Program-made: the position numbers and the translations under genes
Notes under the pieces: generated by a model
What the model was told of the DNA's origin: nothing
Database searches by the model: none
What the model saw: only the letters and a program-made list of their open reading frames with translations
Source: Thiotrichales bacterium
GTDB taxonomy: Bacteria; Pseudomonadota; Gammaproteobacteria; GCF-002020875
Assembly (NCBI GenBank): GCA_018658305.1
Contig: JABHVM010000011.1
Location: 3,551 to 67,550, forward strand
DNA: 64,000 nucleotides
Reading direction: 5' to 3'
Part shown: positions 27,648-36,758 of the stretch, one piece after another
Position numbering within the stretch: the stretch's first letter is position 1
Layout: each line of letters starts with the position of its first letter

Positions 27648-28138
27648 TCTGGTTCACCATCAATTCTTGCGTCATCTAACTTCTGCTGCTCTTCTGCCCG
27701 TCTATACCAAGTTTGAGCCATCTCCTTATCTTCCTCTACTCCATCACCAGAGTCATACATCATTCCTAGAGTAACCATAGATCCAGAGAGCCCCTGTTTA
27801 GCCGCCATGCTATACCACTTAACTGCAAGGTCTGAATCGACATCAGTACACTCTCCTTGGTGATACATAAACGCTAAACTGTGTTGAGCAAAAGCGTGCC
27901 CCTTCTCTGCAGCGCTCTGCATATATCTATAAGCCTTATCCGTATCCTGACTCCAACCCAGTCCATTCTGATTAATAATGGCAACTCTAAACATAGCCTC
28001 TGGATTACCTTGATCAGCTAATGGCGTGAGATGTTGCATTGCAAGAGCGAAATTTTTAGTCTCAAAAGCGGCAAGCCCATCAGCAAGCTGAAAGGATATG
28101 CTTTCAGCTATTGCGGTTTTGTCTATTGGTCTATCCAT
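27644..28138 (-). CDS. Sel1/TPR-like repeat protein
   Basis: Tandem Sel1-type repeats (e.g. AxxxYxxAAEKGHAFAQHSLAFMY). Confidence 0.6.
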   Translation of the reverse strand: MDRPIDKTAIAESISFQLADGLAAFETKNFALAMQHLTPLADQGNPEAMFRVAIINQNGLGWSQDTDKAYRYMQSAAEKGHAFAQHSLAFMYHQGECTDVDSDLAVKWYSMAAKQGLSGSMVTLGMMYDSGDGVEEDKEMAQTWYRRAEEQQKLDDARIDGEPE

Positions 28139-28206
28139 AATATAAAAGAGAGCTCTGGTTAATAATTAACTAAAAAACGCTAAATATAGCACAATAATGC
28201 TCTATA

Positions 28207-28773
28207 ATGTCACTCTGTATGAAAAAAATAGTACTCTATATGGTATTGATATTTACTGCATCAACGCTCTACGCTGATGTGAATGATAATGATGGTAAGG
28301 TGTGGTTGTGGGAAGAGCATGGTGTCTCCCTAAAATTCACTCAACTTACACCACTACAAAGCGAGGCGTTTTTTATTGGAAGAGGCTTCTCTGCAGAGAA
28401 TGCAGCAGTAGTGGGAAGCTCCTGTATGTTTCAAGGAATATTCCGTAATGATGGAGCCAAAACTGTAGAGTATAATTTAACCGAGTGGAAAGTTATTCAA
28501 CAACAAAATCTTCAGTCACAATATTCTAAGCAAATTCTCGTTCGAAATTATTGGGATAAAAAGTGGGATCTATTAGATATTCCGGACTCCCCTAAAATAG
28601 CATTTCGTTGGTCGTTAATTCCTACTCAGCAGCAGTTTGAGCCTGAAGACTATAACTGGGGAATGATAAGTTTTGGGCTACAGCCTAGTGAAAGTTTTGA
28701 TCTTGATGTAACCTTATACCTTAACGGATCTAAGCTACAAACAACAATTTTAGCAATGGAGTGTGCAAAGTGA
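28207..28773 (+). CDS. hypothetical secreted protein
   Basis: Signal peptide; sits upstream of, and overlaps, the TlpA-like gene. Confidence 0.4.
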   Translation: MSLCMKKIVLYMVLIFTASTLYADVNDNDGKVWLWEEHGVSLKFTQLTPLQSEAFFIGRGFSAENAAVVGSSCMFQGIFRNDGAKTVEYNLTEWKVIQQQNLQSQYSKQILVRNYWDKKWDLLDIPDSPKIAFRWSLIPTQQQFEPEDYNWGMISFGLQPSESFDLDVTLYLNGSKLQTTILAMECAK

Positions 28774-28823
28774 GCAAAGTTAGAAGTAGAGTTAATAGTG
28801 CTGAAGCAGATGGTTTGCTAATA

Positions 28824-29336
28824 ATGAAGGTATCGTTACTGATGCTCTCACTGTTAATTATGCAGCTCATCTCCTCCCCGCTACTTGCAAAAGAGAGTGG
28901 ACGGAGTGGCTTAACCAAAATAGACGGAGTTGCTCCAGAGTTCGAACTCCTCGACTTTGAAGGAGAGACGCATCACCTGTCTGACTATAGAGGAGAGCCA
29001 CTGATAGTGAATTTCTGGGCAACTTGGTGTCCTCCGTGCCGAGCTGAAATGCCCTCAATGCAGCGAGCCTGGGAGAAGATTAGGGAGGAGGGGATAGCTA
29101 TGCTCGCAATCAATGTTGGCGAGAATGAAGATATGATCTTCCCATTTACCGCAGAGTATCCAGTAGAGTTCCCACTGTTAATGGACCTTGATTCCAAAGT
29201 CACCCAGCAGTGGAAAGTACGCGGTCTACCCACCACAATTGTAGTCGACCCTGCTGGCAGAATGGTCTACCGTGCAGTTGGAGGTAGAGAGTGGGATAGT
29301 GATAAAATATTGGACTTGGTGAGAGCTCTGAAATGA
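28824..29336 (+). CDS. periplasmic thiol:disulfide oxidoreductase of the TlpA/ResA/CcmG family
   Basis: Signal peptide and the thioredoxin motif WATWCPPCRAEMP. The start is placed at the internal ATG (MKVSLL...), not at the ORF-track start of 28761. Confidence 0.7.
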   Translation: MKVSLLMLSLLIMQLISSPLLAKESGRSGLTKIDGVAPEFELLDFEGETHHLSDYRGEPLIVNFWATWCPPCRAEMPSMQRAWEKIREEGIAMLAINVGENEDMIFPFTAEYPVEFPLLMDLDSKVTQQWKVRGLPTTIVVDPAGRMVYRAVGGREWDSDKILDLVRALK

Positions 29337-29415
29337 GTAGATAGTTTGTTGCTATACAGTAGACCACTATCTGTTATTCAAGTATTAATTAATTACTCTT
29401 TCAACTTACGGTGAT

Positions 29416-29727
29416 CTATTTCGGTGGCTTATTACAGCAGGGTCCAGGCCGTGTTGCAGCATTCTCTCTGCCGATCTTATCGCTGTATTGATTTATTTTC
29501 CCCACTAATCTAGACCAGAAACTCTGTTTGATTACTACACCAGCCGCAACTAGGTGTTGCATTACAGATTCGTAATTGGTGGTTCTAATATCGTAGATGA
29601 TCTTAACCTTATCACCTCTGCGACTCCACTCTATAGAGATAGTATCTGGAAGTTGGTTTATTTTGCTAAGATAGTCAAGTACTGCAAAGGTACGCCTTAC
29701 CTGCCAAGCCCCGTTAATTTTTTTCAT
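29416..29727 (-). CDS. hypothetical protein
   Basis: 103-aa ORF that ends in GPCCNKPPK; no recognisable family. Confidence 0.3.
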   Translation of the reverse strand: MKKINGAWQVRRTFAVLDYLSKINQLPDTISIEWSRRGDKVKIIYDIRTTNYESVMQHLVAAGVVIKQSFWSRLVGKINQYSDKIGRENAATRPGPCCNKPPK

Positions 29728-29909
29728 ACTCTAATGATATATCTAAATTTGCTGTTTAATTTTACCTACCTTGTAATTTACTGTAAGTCTATATCTAAAT
29801 GTTACATCTGTTTACAAAAAACTTGTTTATAGACATACAAGGTTTACATTCACCCGTTATAGTCATCCTTGGTTTTTTTAATTATAAAGATTTTTAGGAG
29901 AGTTATAAA

Positions 29910-30782
29910 GTGAGTAAAAAAATATTAAGTTTAAAGGGTGTATTGTCTAGTTTCATAGTTATAGCTGTAGGTTTTATTGGCTACTCGCTGCTCTCGGAAG
30001 GTGATCTCTACGCCAACCATAATAGCGTTGCAGATATGGGTAAGATATTCTCTCTTGAACAGTTGCCAGAAAAAAGAACAGTTATAGAGCACTCCTCTGG
30101 ACGGAGATATGCGGGAACAGATAGTGGGCTGTTTATCAGTGAAGATGGAGGAAAGCAGTGGAGACACTCTTTTTCAACTCCACTACCAGTTACTTTGATA
30201 ACCTCATTGAAGAGTGGAGATCTGTATACTTTTGTGGCAGGAAAAGGACTGCTTAAAATGGAGCGAGATACAAATCAATGGACATTAATAAATAATAAGT
30301 TAGGGTCTCAAGTTATACTTACTCTCTCTATTGAAGATGGAGATAATAGTAAATTAACTGCTCGTAATCAGTATGGTAAATATATTATCTCAGAAGATGG
30401 AGGCGAGAGTTGGAGGCGTGAGGATGGTTTGCCAAATATAACAACAGCAAAACTGCGGGCTGGAGAAAAGCTTTTCAATGAGAAGTGCCAGAGTTGCCAC
30501 GGTATTGCAGGGGTAGGGGAGACCTATACAGTTGAAGCTCTTACCAACACAAAATATCTGATGGCTCCTGCGCTTGATGAGTCAGCACATGCTTGGCACC
30601 ATACCGATGAAGCGTTGATTAAAACAATTTTAGAAGGATCAACGCGTCAGAGCAGAATGCCAGCCTGGGGAGAGGCGGGAGTGACGAAGCGTGATGCGGC
30701 TATACTTGTTGCTTATATCAAAAGTCTATGGGGAGAGCGAATTAAGGGGTGTCAAGGGGCGAAACATATGAGCTGTATGTAG
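29910..30782 (+). CDS. membrane-anchored protein with two BNR/Asp-box motifs and a C-terminal c-type cytochrome domain
   Basis: N-terminal TM helix; ISEDGGKQW and ISEDGGESW Asp-boxes; CQSCH heme site and the motif LDESAHAWHH, shared with the cytochrome at 36258. Confidence 0.6.
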   Translation: MSKKILSLKGVLSSFIVIAVGFIGYSLLSEGDLYANHNSVADMGKIFSLEQLPEKRTVIEHSSGRRYAGTDSGLFISEDGGKQWRHSFSTPLPVTLITSLKSGDLYTFVAGKGLLKMERDTNQWTLINNKLGSQVILTLSIEDGDNSKLTARNQYGKYIISEDGGESWRREDGLPNITTAKLRAGEKLFNEKCQSCHGIAGVGETYTVEALTNTKYLMAPALDESAHAWHHTDEALIKTILEGSTRQSRMPAWGEAGVTKRDAAILVAYIKSLWGERIKGCQGAKHMSCM

Positions 30783-30809
30783 ACACATCAAGGTGTAAAA
30801 TAGATAAGT

Positions 30810-31523
30810 ATGAGAGATGCAAAACATATATTGGTAGTAGATGATGACCCTGAGATAAGATGGTTGTTGCGCGACTATCTAGAGAAAACTGGCTATCGCC
30901 TGACTATAGCAGCAGACGGGATAGAGATGTTTGCGGCACTTGATAGAGCTCCAGTGGATCTTATCGTGCTTGATCTTATGTTACCTGGAGATGATGGGTT
31001 AATTTTATTAAGAAAACTTCGTGTTAATTCAAATGTTCCAGTGGTGATGTTGACAGCAATGGGAGAGGAGAGTGATCGCATTCTTGGTTTAGAGATGGGG
31101 GCTGATGACTATATTTCTAAACCATTCTCTCCTCGTGAGCTATTAGCGCGTATTAAAAGTGTACTTCGTCGTACGGATTCACTTCCAGAGAGTAAAATTC
31201 AAGAAGATGTAACTGAGATTGTATTTGTAGGATGGGTGTTGAATCTCAGACAGCGACATCTGATTTCACCAGATAAAGTATTAATACCGTTGAGCGGAGG
31301 AGAGTTTAGGTTGTTGCGGGTCTTCTTAGAGCATGCTGGTAGAGTTCTTAACCGAGATCAACTGTTGGAATTCAGTCAGGGACGAGAAGCACAACCATTT
31401 GATCGCAGTATTGATGTGTTGGTGGGACGACTACGCAAACGGCTGCGAGAAGATCCAAAAAACCCACAAATCATCCATACTTTAAGAGGTGAGGGGTATC
31501 GTTTTGTTCCAGATATTACCTGA
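30810..31523 (+). CDS. OmpR-family response regulator
   Basis: Receiver domain with the Asp pocket (VVDDD...LDLMLPG) plus a winged-helix output domain. Confidence 0.85.
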   Translation: MRDAKHILVVDDDPEIRWLLRDYLEKTGYRLTIAADGIEMFAALDRAPVDLIVLDLMLPGDDGLILLRKLRVNSNVPVVMLTAMGEESDRILGLEMGADDYISKPFSPRELLARIKSVLRRTDSLPESKIQEDVTEIVFVGWVLNLRQRHLISPDKVLIPLSGGEFRLLRVFLEHAGRVLNRDQLLEFSQGREAQPFDRSIDVLVGRLRKRLREDPKNPQIIHTLRGEGYRFVPDIT

Positions 31524-32907
31524 ATCACTCTATGGTCGTCTTTTAGCAATTCTACTTATTGGGTTGATGGTTCCACAACTTCTTAGTGCGTTAGTTCACC
31601 TATATGATCGAGACACTTTAATCCATCAAACCATGGGGGCAGAGAGTGCGCAGAGAATTGGCTCGATTGTAGAGTTGCTCGATCCAATGGATAGTGTAGA
31701 ACGAGATAAGATGGTAACTGCACTTAATGGATTTCCGCTTGAACTGGAGTTAAATTCACAATATAGAAAAGAGAAGGAACCTCAATATAGAGATAGTTCT
31801 GAGACTAAAAAATATGAAGGTGAGAAGGTGTATCTACTTTTTAAAGAGTACCTTCAGCAGAACCTGCCATCAGGATATGAAGTGCATATTGAGGTCGTAG
31901 AGGCGATGCTATCAGTTGAACATAATAGTATGAGCTCTCCTCAGCAGATGGTGAAATCATTTCATGTACAAGTGCGTCTTAATGATGGGGTATGGGTGAA
32001 TTTCCACTACCACATCCCCAAAAAAATATTTGCTTGGCCTCTGCGTATGTTAGTGGCTCTACTTCTCTTAATGGTATCAGTTTTAATCCTAACATGGATT
32101 GCAGTGCGCTGGGTTACCCGCCCGATCTCGCTACTCTCAGATGCAGCAGAGTCGCTTGGTCGAGATATAGACCACCCTCCTCTAGCTATTGAAGGGCCAA
32201 AAGAGGTCAAAAAAGCAGTAGTGGCATTCAATACTATGCAGCAACGCCTTAATCGTTATATTGGAGACCGTAGTCGTATTCTATCTGCAGTATCTCATGA
32301 TCTGAAAACCCCCATCACTCACCTCCGCCTCCGAAGCGATCTTATTGAGGATGAGTCTCTGCGTAGTAGTATTGAGGCAGATCTTGATTATATGGAAGAG
32401 ATGGTACTATCTACGCTCGACTTTATGCGTGGAATAGAGAACTCAGAGCCGATGCAGCAGATAGATTTAGATGCACTGCTAGAGAGTTTACAAGATGATC
32501 TAGCTCCACTACAGATAAAGTTTGATATTGAAGGGCAGAGTACGCAGCCAGTTATAGGAAGAATTTCACAACTCAAACGATGTCTCACTAATCTGTTAGA
32601 GAATGGAGTGCTACATGGATCGGGAAGAGTCTGGGTAACCATAGAAGAGAGCAAGAGTAATCTACTTCTAAGTATAAATAGCGAGGGCGAAAAGATTCCA
32701 GCTGAGGAGTTGGAACGCCTATTCGAGCCATTTTACCGTATTGAAAAATCGAGAAGCAGGTTATCAGGCGGTACAGGTCTGGGGCTAAGTATAGCCAGAG
32801 ATATAGCCAGAGCTCACGGAGGAGAACTTATTCTGTATAATAATCCAGAGGGAGGAGTAACTGCAAAGCTTGAGCTACCTTGGTATGATCTACCACTTGT
32901 CTCTTGA
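31489..32907 (+). CDS. sensor histidine kinase (periplasmic sensor, HAMP, HisKA, HATPase)
   Basis: Two TM helices around a periplasmic domain of about 150 aa; H-box SHDLKTPITHL; G-boxes GTGLGLSI. The start is a GTG that overlaps the RR gene. Confidence 0.82.
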   Translation: MRGIVLFQILPESLYGRLLAILLIGLMVPQLLSALVHLYDRDTLIHQTMGAESAQRIGSIVELLDPMDSVERDKMVTALNGFPLELELNSQYRKEKEPQYRDSSETKKYEGEKVYLLFKEYLQQNLPSGYEVHIEVVEAMLSVEHNSMSSPQQMVKSFHVQVRLNDGVWVNFHYHIPKKIFAWPLRMLVALLLLMVSVLILTWIAVRWVTRPISLLSDAAESLGRDIDHPPLAIEGPKEVKKAVVAFNTMQQRLNRYIGDRSRILSAVSHDLKTPITHLRLRSDLIEDESLRSSIEADLDYMEEMVLSTLDFMRGIENSEPMQQIDLDALLESLQDDLAPLQIKFDIEGQSTQPVIGRISQLKRCLTNLLENGVLHGSGRVWVTIEESKSNLLLSINSEGEKIPAEELERLFEPFYRIEKSRSRLSGGTGLGLSIARDIARAHGGELILYNNPEGGVTAKLELPWYDLPLVS

Positions 32908-32932
32908 AAATGTAACTTAGGAGTAGTTAAAA

Positions 32933-33553
32933 ATGTTTAATCGAAAATCACACTGGGAAGATGTCTATCAAAACAAATCTCCGCTTGAGGTCAGCTGGTA
33001 CCAAAAGGCGCCGACACTCTCTCTTGACTTGATAGAGAGTAGTGGAGTTGTGAAGAGTGCCCCTATCATTGATGTGGGAGGGGGCGCATCGCTGTTAATC
33101 GATTCACTACACCAAAAAGGTTATAGTAATCTTTCACTACTTGATATCTCTGCTGCCGCACTTGGTTGTGCTAAAGAGCGTTTTGCTGCGCTGGATGCGA
33201 AGGATGCTGTCGAATGGTACGAAGAAGATATTACTCAGTTTACTGCTTCTCATCCATACAGCCTTTGGCACGACCGAGCCGTATTTCACTTTCTAACTGA
33301 TCCAGTAGATAGAACAGCATATATGCAGAATCTGCGCAGCGCACTTAGCAGAGGTGGAGATCTAATCATCGCTGCCTTTGCTCTTGATGGGCCAACCAAA
33401 TGTAGCGACTTAGAGATTGTCCAATATGATCGAGAAAAGATGGTCGCCGCAGTCGGAGATGGATTTGAATTTATCGGTGAAAGAAGTGAAAATCATATTA
33501 CCCCCGCAGACAGAGAGCAGAAGTTTGGTTACTACCACTTCCGTTATATTTAA
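32933..33553 (+). CDS. class I SAM-dependent methyltransferase
   Basis: Motif I IDVGGGAS and the Rossmann pattern. Confidence 0.65.
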   Translation: MFNRKSHWEDVYQNKSPLEVSWYQKAPTLSLDLIESSGVVKSAPIIDVGGGASLLIDSLHQKGYSNLSLLDISAAALGCAKERFAALDAKDAVEWYEEDITQFTASHPYSLWHDRAVFHFLTDPVDRTAYMQNLRSALSRGGDLIIAAFALDGPTKCSDLEIVQYDREKMVAAVGDGFEFIGERSENHITPADREQKFGYYHFRYI

Positions 33554-33571
33554 GAGGTATAATGGACAGAT

Positions 33572-34015
33572 ATGATGCAATATAAAGAGACAGCTGTAAC
33601 ACCACAAGGATGGATATTAATTTTTATCTGTTGGTTAATTGCAATGGGCGCACTATTTGGGAGCCTCTTTTTTAGTGAGGTAATGGGGCTGAAGCCATGT
33701 GTTCTCTGTTGGTACCAGCGTATCTTTATCTATCCACTAGCCATTCTATTTCTAGTTGGTATGTTTCCATTAGATCGCTCAGTAGTGCGTTACACTTTAC
33801 CTTTAGCAACTTTTGGTTGGCTCTTCGCAGTATACCACTATCTGCTCTACTCAGGATATATTCCAGAGAGCTTGCAGCCGTGCAGTAAGGAGCTCTCCTG
33901 TGCTGAAATAAATTTAGAGTTAATGGGGTTTGTTACCATCCCAATGCTATCTATTCTATCTTATAGCGCTATTATCACTCTTCTACTCATATTTAAGAAA
34001 AGGAACACCTTATGA
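33572..34015 (+). CDS. disulfide bond formation protein B-like (DsbB/BdbC)
   Basis: Four TM helices and the Cys pairs CVLCWYQR and CSKELSC. Confidence 0.6.
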   Translation: MMQYKETAVTPQGWILIFICWLIAMGALFGSLFFSEVMGLKPCVLCWYQRIFIYPLAILFLVGMFPLDRSVVRYTLPLATFGWLFAVYHYLLYSGYIPESLQPCSKELSCAEINLELMGFVTIPMLSILSYSAIITLLLIFKKRNTL

Positions 34016-34665
34016 AAAATAAATTTATTGTTGCAGCTGTAGCAATTCTATTTGTCGGACTCTTTATCGCCGCCGCTGATCTCTACAACAATCAAAAAAA
34101 TAGCTCCTTAAATAGTGCAACTTTAGAAAATATTGAGTATATACAGCGAGATTACTCTCCAACACTTGGCCCAGTAGATGCTAAAGTGACAATTGTTGAG
34201 TTCTTCGATCCAGCCTGTGGAACCTGTCGCTCCTTCTATCCATTAGTTAAACGCATAATGAGTGAAAATGAAGGTAGAGTAAACTTAGTCTTGCGCTATC
34301 TACCTCTGCACAATGGTTCAGATGTGATAATCACCATCTTCGAAGCGGCTCGTCTACAAGGACTCTTCTGGGAGACGCTAAAACTAGCATATAAAAGACA
34401 AGATGCTTGGGTGGTTAACCACATCTCTATACCTGCAAAGTTGTGGGGACAGCTTGATGGAATTGGACTGGATATGGATAAGTTAGCTGTAGATATGAAG
34501 AGCGTAGAGATTGCTAGACGAGTTAAACAAGATCTTGCTGATGCTAAACAGCTTAAAGTTAACAAAACCCCAGGTTTTTTCGTGAATGGCAAACCGCTAA
34601 TCAATTTTGGCTATAAACAACTCCAGCAACTAGTAGCATCAGAAATTGATGAAAAATATCCCTAG
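34012..34665 (+). CDS. DsbA-like thiol:disulfide oxidoreductase
   Basis: TM anchor, the thioredoxin motif DPACGTCRSF, and a 4-nt overlap with dsbB. Confidence 0.65.
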   Translation: MKNKFIVAAVAILFVGLFIAAADLYNNQKNSSLNSATLENIEYIQRDYSPTLGPVDAKVTIVEFFDPACGTCRSFYPLVKRIMSENEGRVNLVLRYLPLHNGSDVIITIFEAARLQGLFWETLKLAYKRQDAWVVNHISIPAKLWGQLDGIGLDMDKLAVDMKSVEIARRVKQDLADAKQLKVNKTPGFFVNGKPLINFGYKQLQQLVASEIDEKYP

Positions 34666-34711
34666 CCCCCCAGGAGGCAATCTTTTGCCTGTCGGCAATT
34701 CACCTTGTGAA

Positions 34712-34743
34712 CGCAACTGCCTAAATGGCAGTTGTAGTGTTAC
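34712..34743. repeat. second copy of the 32-bp hairpin repeat (inverted relative to 24536-24568)
   Basis: Same 32-mer; it lies 47 bp after the dsbA stop, ahead of a T-run. Confidence 0.7.
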
Positions 34744-34858
34744 AAAGCATTACAAAAACCCCATTTTTTGACATCGTCTATTTACATTCCTCCCGTATAC
34801 TAACCGTTCCTGAGATATTACGGTATTTCAATTATATTAGTTTAGGAGCATAAAAACA

Positions 34859-35290
34859 GTGTATAAAAAATTGATATTCACTCTTATCATGATGGGTTCT
34901 CTATTTAGCGGATTACTATTCGCCCATGGTGATTATGAAGAAGGAGAGAAGGTTACAATCTCTAATCTTAAAAATAATGCAGTCGTGACCAGTCCAGTAA
35001 GAGTACTTTTCTCTGCGCCTAAATTAAAAATAACTGCTGCAGGGGTAGATAAACACAACGCAGGACATTTTCACTTGATGGTTGATGTGGATGCGGATAG
35101 ACAACTAGATGAGCCGATGCAGGAGTCTAAAAATCATATTAGACTCTCTAATGGTGAGCAAGAAACAGTGCTCGAACTATCGTTAGGAAAACATACGCTA
35201 CAGCTGATAGTCGCTGATGAGGAACATACCCATTTTGAAAACTTGATCTCACCAAAAATTACGATCTATGTAGAGTCACAGTCTAATTGA
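34859..35290 (+). CDS. secreted DUF4399-like protein (His-rich HFHL motif)
   Basis: Signal peptide plus GHFHLMVDVD; the family assignment is from memory of the motif only. Confidence 0.4.
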   Translation: MYKKLIFTLIMMGSLFSGLLFAHGDYEEGEKVTISNLKNNAVVTSPVRVLFSAPKLKITAAGVDKHNAGHFHLMVDVDADRQLDEPMQESKNHIRLSNGEQETVLELSLGKHTLQLIVADEEHTHFENLISPKITIYVESQSN

Positions 35291-35441
35291 TCACAATATT
35301 AATTTGATCGTTTTACCGATATATTTTCTTCTTCGTTCTTTAGGGTAAAACGATTATCTGATCTTCGTCTATTTCATGCGAAGCGCTTAGCTCACGATAC
35401 GAGCTACTTTTAACTATGTTGATAAACTAAGGAGTAGTACG

Positions 35442-35738
35442 ATGAAGATGATGATAACCGCAGCAGCCATACTAATGGCTTTACCAGTTTTTGCAGATAG
35501 CGAGCACCCTGTAACAGCGCAACAAGCGCCCATGATGCAAGGTCAGCAGGGGATGATGAACCCTCAGATGATGCAACAGATGAGACAGCAGAGAGCCATG
35601 AATCCACAGATGATGCAAGGTATGATGGGGCAGCAGATGATGGTATCAAAGCAGGCGCATATGGCAAAAATGGAAGGGCATATGGCAGGGATTGATGCCT
35701 CTCTCAAAGAGCTAGTTGAGCTCCAGCGCAGACGATAG
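35442..35738 (+). CDS. periplasmic Met/Gln-rich protein, putative Cu(I)-binding metallochaperone
   Basis: Signal peptide followed by repeated MxxM/MMQ motifs and HMAKMEGHM; 1 kb upstream of copA. Confidence 0.5.
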   Translation: MKMMITAAAILMALPVFADSEHPVTAQQAPMMQGQQGMMNPQMMQQMRQQRAMNPQMMQGMMGQQMMVSKQAHMAKMEGHMAGIDASLKELVELQRRR

Positions 35739-35758
35739 TCGGTGCTAAACAAAGCGGT

Positions 35759-36151
35759 ATGAGTATGAGTTTTTTTGCTATCCTCTTGTTGTCACTCGTT
35801 CTCTCTGGCTGCGATATATTCGACCCAGAAAGTATTAGAGCGCGTAATTTTCTTCCACCTCCCACTTATCAGGGGAGTGTGGAGAGAGGGGAAGTCAATT
35901 ATAAAAATAACTGTGCACGCTGTCATGGCGTTGATATGGCTGGAACGGCAGAAGGTCCTCCGCTTATGAATAAAACTTATGGCTCTTCACACCATGCGGA
36001 TCTCTCGTTTTATCATGCAGTCAAAAATGGAGTTAAGCAGCACCACTGGAAATATGGAGATATGCCAATGTTGACTGGGATCAGCCCAGAAGAGGTGAGT
36101 GATATTGTTGCATTTGTTAGGTTTCAGCAGCAACTCAGAGGCATTAAGTAA
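35759..36151 (+). CDS. monoheme cytochrome c lipoprotein
   Basis: Lipobox LSGCD; CARCH heme site. Confidence 0.65.
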   Translation: MSMSFFAILLLSLVLSGCDIFDPESIRARNFLPPPTYQGSVERGEVNYKNNCARCHGVDMAGTAEGPPLMNKTYGSSHHADLSFYHAVKNGVKQHHWKYGDMPMLTGISPEEVSDIVAFVRFQQQLRGIK

Positions 36152-36257
36152 GTATGAAGGAGACTGATATGGTGGTAGAATTTCCACTATAATCGACTCA
36201 ATTTTAGCTGTAGTTGTAGTTTTAGTCAGCAATAAAAATATTTTAGGATGAAAAGAG

Positions 36258-36758
36258 ATGGATAAAAAAGTAGTTGTATCGATTGTTCTTATGTTGGCTG
36301 TTTTAGGTTTAGTAGTGATGCAAGCATCTCAACAACCTAATCAGCAGGAGAATCAAAAGATAAGCCAACAGACATACCAACAGACAACAGATAGTAATAT
36401 TAATAATGGCACGGTAGAGCGCTGGTATACTCAACAGCAAGTGGCACAAGGGGCAGATATTTTCAAGACTAACTGTGCAGCCTGTCACGGACCAGAAGCG
36501 GCATCTATCCCTAACTGGCGAGAGCCTGATGAGAGTGGTAACTATCCTCCTCCACCATTAGATGGATCGGCTCATGCTTGGCACCACTCCTTAGCACTTT
36601 TACAGAAGACAGTTCGAGAGGGCGGGGCTGCCGTTGGTGGGCAGATGCCACCCTTCAAAGATCTCCTATCGATAAAGGAGATTGATGCGGTTCTTGCTTG
36701 GGTTCAGACCCACTGGAATGATAAAGTTTATCAGATGTGGAGTGAGCGGAATGGCTAA
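36258..36758 (+). CDS. periplasmic cytochrome c (SAHAWHH-motif family)
   Basis: Signal peptide; CAACH; [10 protein letters not shown]; MPPF. Confidence 0.65.
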   Translation: MDKKVVVSIVLMLAVLGLVVMQASQQPNQQENQKISQQTYQQTTDSNINNGTVERWYTQQQVAQGADIFKTNCAACHGPEAASIPNWREPDESGNYPPPPLDGSAHAWHHSLALLQKTVREGGAAVGGQMPPFKDLLSIKEIDAVLAWVQTHWNDKVYQMWSERNG

